A stretch of DNA of 40,706 nucleotides from Octopus bimaculoides (Eukaryota): the NCBI RefSeq assembly GCF_001194135.2, contig NC_068993.1:3341850-3382555 (forward strand). Reading direction: 5' to 3'. How positions within the stretch are numbered: position 1 is the first letter of the stretch; every line of letters begins with the position of its first letter. A model generated the notes under the pieces. The model was not told the origin of the DNA, ran no database searches, and worked only from the letters and a program-made list of their open reading frames with translations. A program made the translations under genes and the position numbers. Below, piece by piece: positions 35,826 to 40,706 of this stretch.

Positions 35826-36824
35826 ACATCATCTCTAAAGGCTTTGCATTTGTAACAGTTTCGATAGGTTTATTTTAGTGATCAACCCTGACATGTAAAC
35901 CTCCCAGACAACTTGCTTACATATAAGATGTGCCATCACCTAGAGTCATCACATGTCTCTTCAAATGTTTTGTCACTCAACAGGTCTGTGCAATTAGGTC
36001 CACGCTAAGCGCAACATCTTGAACCTTTTTACCCGTGAGGTTCACCCGTAGAAACGTACTCTTTGCCCCTATTTCTTCCACAGTCGTCAAATTGCATCAA
36101 AGCTTGTGCGAGAGAAATAACCACAACATCGATTTCACTTGCCTCGTAGAACCCTTTCTTCAGATTTAACCATTAAAAACAAAAACTGTATCGCTAGTTT
36201 TTTTAATCCCGTTTTCGTATATTGGTGTATGTTTCTAACTATTACTGACCACGCACACACAGACTAATCACTTAAAAAACAAAACATGGTGAACAAAGAA
36301 AGGAAAAAAAATAAATGAGCATGCTTTGTTATGCTTGTCTTTCTGTCTAGATATGCTATTAGAAACATACTGGCACACACGCACATAGGAATATATACAC
36401 ACATGCATACAAATTCGTGCATTAATATTGTCAGAAAATAAAATGGGGTTAACAGACTGTAGTTTGCTAGATTGAGTTCAAATAGCTAACATTAAATCTG
36501 GGAAGAACCTATTAATCTACTGGCCTGCGATGATAAAACGAGAGCTATTATTTTACATGGAGAGATAGATTCAACCAGGGAAACGCTTAACATTATTTCA
36601 TACATATTTTTTTACGTACAAGATACAGAAAGTCTCAAATATACACAATTCTGTTTATTCACATAAGCATGGTCGCATGACAAAGAAGCTGGATTCGCAA
36701 TCATGATGTTCAAAGTCCGATCCCACTGCGTAGAAGCTCGATATACGATATTTGACCATGACCTTAGGTTGATACAAAATCTTGTGAGGAAAACTGAGAA
36801 GATTAAACGTGACATGTATGTATG

Positions 36825-36870
<46 letters not shown>

Positions 36871-38146
36871 NNNNNNNNNNCGGTCAATCATAATAATGGC
36901 CGATCATAACAATGACTGACCGGAAGTTAATATATACATATATACACAAATGTGTATATGCACAGTGGGACATTGTATTTGAAGTTCTTTGACAACACGT
37001 CTATATTATAGTTATAACATTTTATCAAGGATTTAGGTTTTATAGTCGTATGGTCCCGCACATTTAGCACTTGGAACAGTGTAAGTCCTAAATTTATGAT
37101 CGACTTCTCTAGTCTTTCTAGTGACATCTTCAGGAAGGAGTGTCGCTGGAGTGTGTTTATAAATACGTAAGTTCAATCGACATCAGTCGGCTGAACATTT
37201 TTGTCTTTAACTAAGCTATGTTTACTGTGTATTTATTTTCCCCACTGCGCTGCTTTATATTCATTACTTCAAACATTTCTCGTCTAATTTTAGGGAGAAT
37301 TCTCTAGATGGCAAATTAATTGCGCTTTAACTTGTACCTACCTAGTACAGCATTATGTTATTTGATATATTGAAGCTTATTGCAATTAATCCTTCTTATT
37401 AGAGCATATTATGCATTGAAGGGAATAGCCATATCTGAAGGGTCGTATATAACAGTCGGAGTTGTAAAGTTTACAACTTTCACATTAGTAATCGAATTTA
37501 TAATGACGGAAGCAATAATCAAATAGTAGAAAAGATCTACTACGATATCTATAATCAATAAGGAAGCGTGAGTAACCAGGTGTTACAAGTATACACAGAC
37601 ATATTCGGCAAATTTTCCATTGTTGTGCCACTTTCATTTTATCCTTGAAAGATATCAGTATGTCAGCGAAACACCAAATGATGATAGAGTCGATGATGAT
37701 AACAACAGTGTCGTGAAAACATTTACAACAACAAAAATACAAACCAATGACTGAATCTCAATGTGGTCACTATACCTGCTAAAAATAACAGGCAAATGTA
37801 CTTCAAACTACATCGCACAGTTTTTTCGAAGGTAGCAAAGGTACAACGTATGGAGTCCAGTCGTTTACAACTAGGCAAAACAGAATTCCTTATTTTTCTA
37901 CCACTAGATTCAGTCACTGAAGCGCGACCGCGCTGGAGCACTATTATCAAACGATTAATCGAAATAGTTAAGCCGGAACTTATTGCCTCGATCTTGTAAA
38001 ATATCAGATGTTAAGTGAATATTCAAGTTGAGGGTAAAACCTCGCTCATAGATTTTCCATACATACACGCACAAGCGTGCGCACACACGCACATTCACAA
38101 CACCTTCACACACACACACATATATATTTATGCATATCTTGGTATG

Positions 38147-38150
<4 letters not shown>

Positions 38151-38226
<76 letters not shown>
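38151..38226. repeat. (TA)38 microsatellite. Many other (TA)n/(CA)n/(CT)n compound tracts, e.g. 2105-2300, 2445-2550, 14545-14601, 40145-40215
   Basis: Direct reading. Confidence 0.95.
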
Positions 38227-38229
<3 letters not shown>

Positions 38230-38878
38230 GGATATATACATATATATGGCATATACACAAGCGTATAATGGAAAACGAATAAGGTTAAATTTCATCGTAC
38301 CATATAAAAAACATTCTAATTTATGGAACTGACATTTACTTCCAGAGAAAACTGTACTTAGGGGCAATTGATATCTTCTGTAAATGAGGTTTGACAGTCT
38401 TAAGAATCAATGATTCTCCAATAGGTTTGCCAATATGAATAAGAAAGTTTGTTTGTCTGTAGAGAAAAAGACAGATGTGGACATGTGTTCCCGGCGCAAT
38501 ATCGATTATGACCAACTTCGCTGTTTTATTTCCTGCAGATCGCCACGCTTAGACACATACATAGAAAGTAGAACAAGGTTTTGGCCTTAATAATTTGAAT
38601 AAATGAAGCAAAAATGATCGAAAAGACATGAATCAATATACGCATGCATACACAGATACATTCACTAGTACATGCACACATACATCCATACCTATATACA
38701 TACATACGTATATGTATACATATATGCATACATAATATATGCACACGTATAAACATACAAGCACACGTACGTGCATACATACATATAGGCAAGTATATGC
38801 ATGAGAAGATATACATACAACAAAGCACAAAATCTGCTCATATACATACAAACAAAAATACCCAGTTGTTGGTGTTGA

Positions 38879-39020
38879 AATTCCAATGAAGGAGCCTTGG
38901 AACTAGGTCAAATCCTGAAATAAAACTGAAGAATGATATACATACATACATACATACATACGTAAATGCATACATACATACATACATACGTAAATGCATA
39001 CATACATACATACATACATA
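38879..39020 (+). repeat. Dispersed repeat family D (internally deleted) plus (ACAT)n
   Basis: AATTCCAATGAAGGAGCCTTGGAACTAGG-TCAAATCCTGAAATAAAACTGA; lacks ~30 bp present at 11211-11240. Confidence 0.7.
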
Positions 39021-39024
39021 ACAA

Positions 39025-39140
39025 ATGGTTTCCACGAATAAAAGTTGACTGAAAACGCGTTTATCATCACAAGGCTATGGTTTATCCAAGGACCTGCATG
39101 GTTTGGATCGTATAGGAAACCATGGGATTTCGAAGTGATC
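39025..39140 (-). mobile_element. Degraded SINE family A head
   Basis: TCACAAGGCTATGGT and GAAACCATGGGATT correspond to the reverse complement of the 240-345 head region. Confidence 0.5.
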
Positions 39141-40143
39141 GTATTAGCTTTTGATATCCTGTTTGTAAAAAAAAAATGTTATAATTCAAAAGCGTAGTTC
39201 CCAGTGCAGTACGATTCTTGTGATATCGCGCGTTTTTAAACTGGCTGACAGATATCGTTACATATGCTACAATGCTTTGCAGAAAGTTAAGAGTTAACCA
39301 TACATGCATATCTGCAAATCAATACAATGACTTGGACGCTCTTTGATCTTAGAGTCTGAGTTTTCTATGAGGGTTAACACCGGGTTAAACAACAACAACA
39401 AACTCAATTTAATTACAGGAAGTTGTGCTAAAACGAGCAGACGGAAAAAAAATGAAATTAAATAGAAATAATTTCCAAGATTGGCAACAGGCCACGAAGA
39501 AGGATTTCGAATCGTTTCAGCTGACCTCAGTACAAAAACCGTTACTTATATTCTAACCTTTGTAAGGAGGAGATGAAATCAGGCACGTTTTCGAATCAGA
39601 ATACAGAAATGGCCAGTGTACATGTCACGTATTTCGAGAAGCCGCTATTTCTTCTCTGTCACTTCCAACAATCTTAATGTTGACAATATAAAGAATTATT
39701 TATTTAGTTGCAAAATTACTTAGTTTCCCAGTCGGTTACTAGGGAAGTTTCCTCAGTAGAAATCTTTATCTTATCTTCTAATATATGGTAAACATGGTAG
39801 CAGTTACTTTATCTTTTCCAAACTCCTTATCTTTACACTTTGCCTGCTAGAGCAATCGACATGCATGGAATTGGTGTCTAAATGTTATCACAGCAGGAGC
39901 AGCAAACGTACATAATATTTAATAGGTTTACCATTACCGAGTTACGCCTGTTTATACATACACATACACCGACAAACATACATACACACACATCCACAGA
40001 GACACATAGAGTTAATGATGCATATGCATACAAATGCACAAGAACACACGCATACACACAATTGCGTGTGTATATGAAAAATATATATATGCGTTTCGGT
40101 GTAAGCAAATATATATGGAATACATATATAGTATTTCACTCTC

Positions 40144-40216
<73 letters not shown>

Positions 40217-40706
40217 GTATATACGCATACATATAAGGATATGTATAATGTATGTGTGTGTGTGTGTGAGTGTATATATATATATATATATATATATATG
40301 CATACACACATGTATGTATGTATGTATATAGATTCCGCTCAACTTGCTTATTAAGTACTCATTTGAACTATGGTTTTCCTCGCCCTGAACCGCTTTTGTT
40401 CTCTCTCTCTCTCTCTCTCTCTTTTCTTTATTCTTCATATACACACATATCATATCGTATCATATATATATATCATTTGAACACGTGTGTGTGTGTGTAG
40501 GCATTCACTGAAACTTTAAGTCTTCTCAGCCGTTAATCTTTCCTCTTTAGCTCGCTCTCCTTCTCCCTCAGTCTCTCTCTCTCTCTCTCCCTTTCTCTCC
40601 ATATTTCTTCTCTCATGCTCTCTGTCAATCCTAGTATACATTGTTATCATTCCACGACTGTTTCATTTACTCCCGTCCAACAGTAACGTGTGTATGTCTC
40701 ATTCGC

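Noticed and set aside
37763-37999. 78-aa plus-strand ORF and overlapping 75-aa minus ORF
   Set aside because: No recognisable domain or consistent splice structure; lengths are within the chance range.

Overview
This is AT-rich eukaryotic DNA, dense in microsatellites and broken by seven N-gaps. The SINE families and the (TA)n/(CA)n load suggest a coleoid cephalopod such as Octopus, which is an inference. It reads as intronic or intergenic sequence. I can support no complete protein-coding gene, rRNA, true tRNA or CRISPR array, and most ORFs in the supplied track are translated microsatellites or gaps. The best-supported content is transposable-element debris: (i) at least three tRNA-derived SINE families, including a head-to-tail tandem and an inverted pair; (ii) three R4/Dong-clade non-LTR remnants (two RLE C-termini on + and a ~1.6 kb decayed RT on -); (iii) RTE-like fragments, mariner remnants, a hAT/Charlie-like end and a Helentron-like MITE. 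Two speculative host-gene signals deserve follow-up. One is a series of small minus-strand candidate exons whose first junction would encode a WH2-like actin-binding motif. The other is a decayed LRR-receptor (Toll-like or LGR-like) pseudogene at about 19.4-20.0 kb. All family assignments come from hand translation and motif recall; no database search was run.
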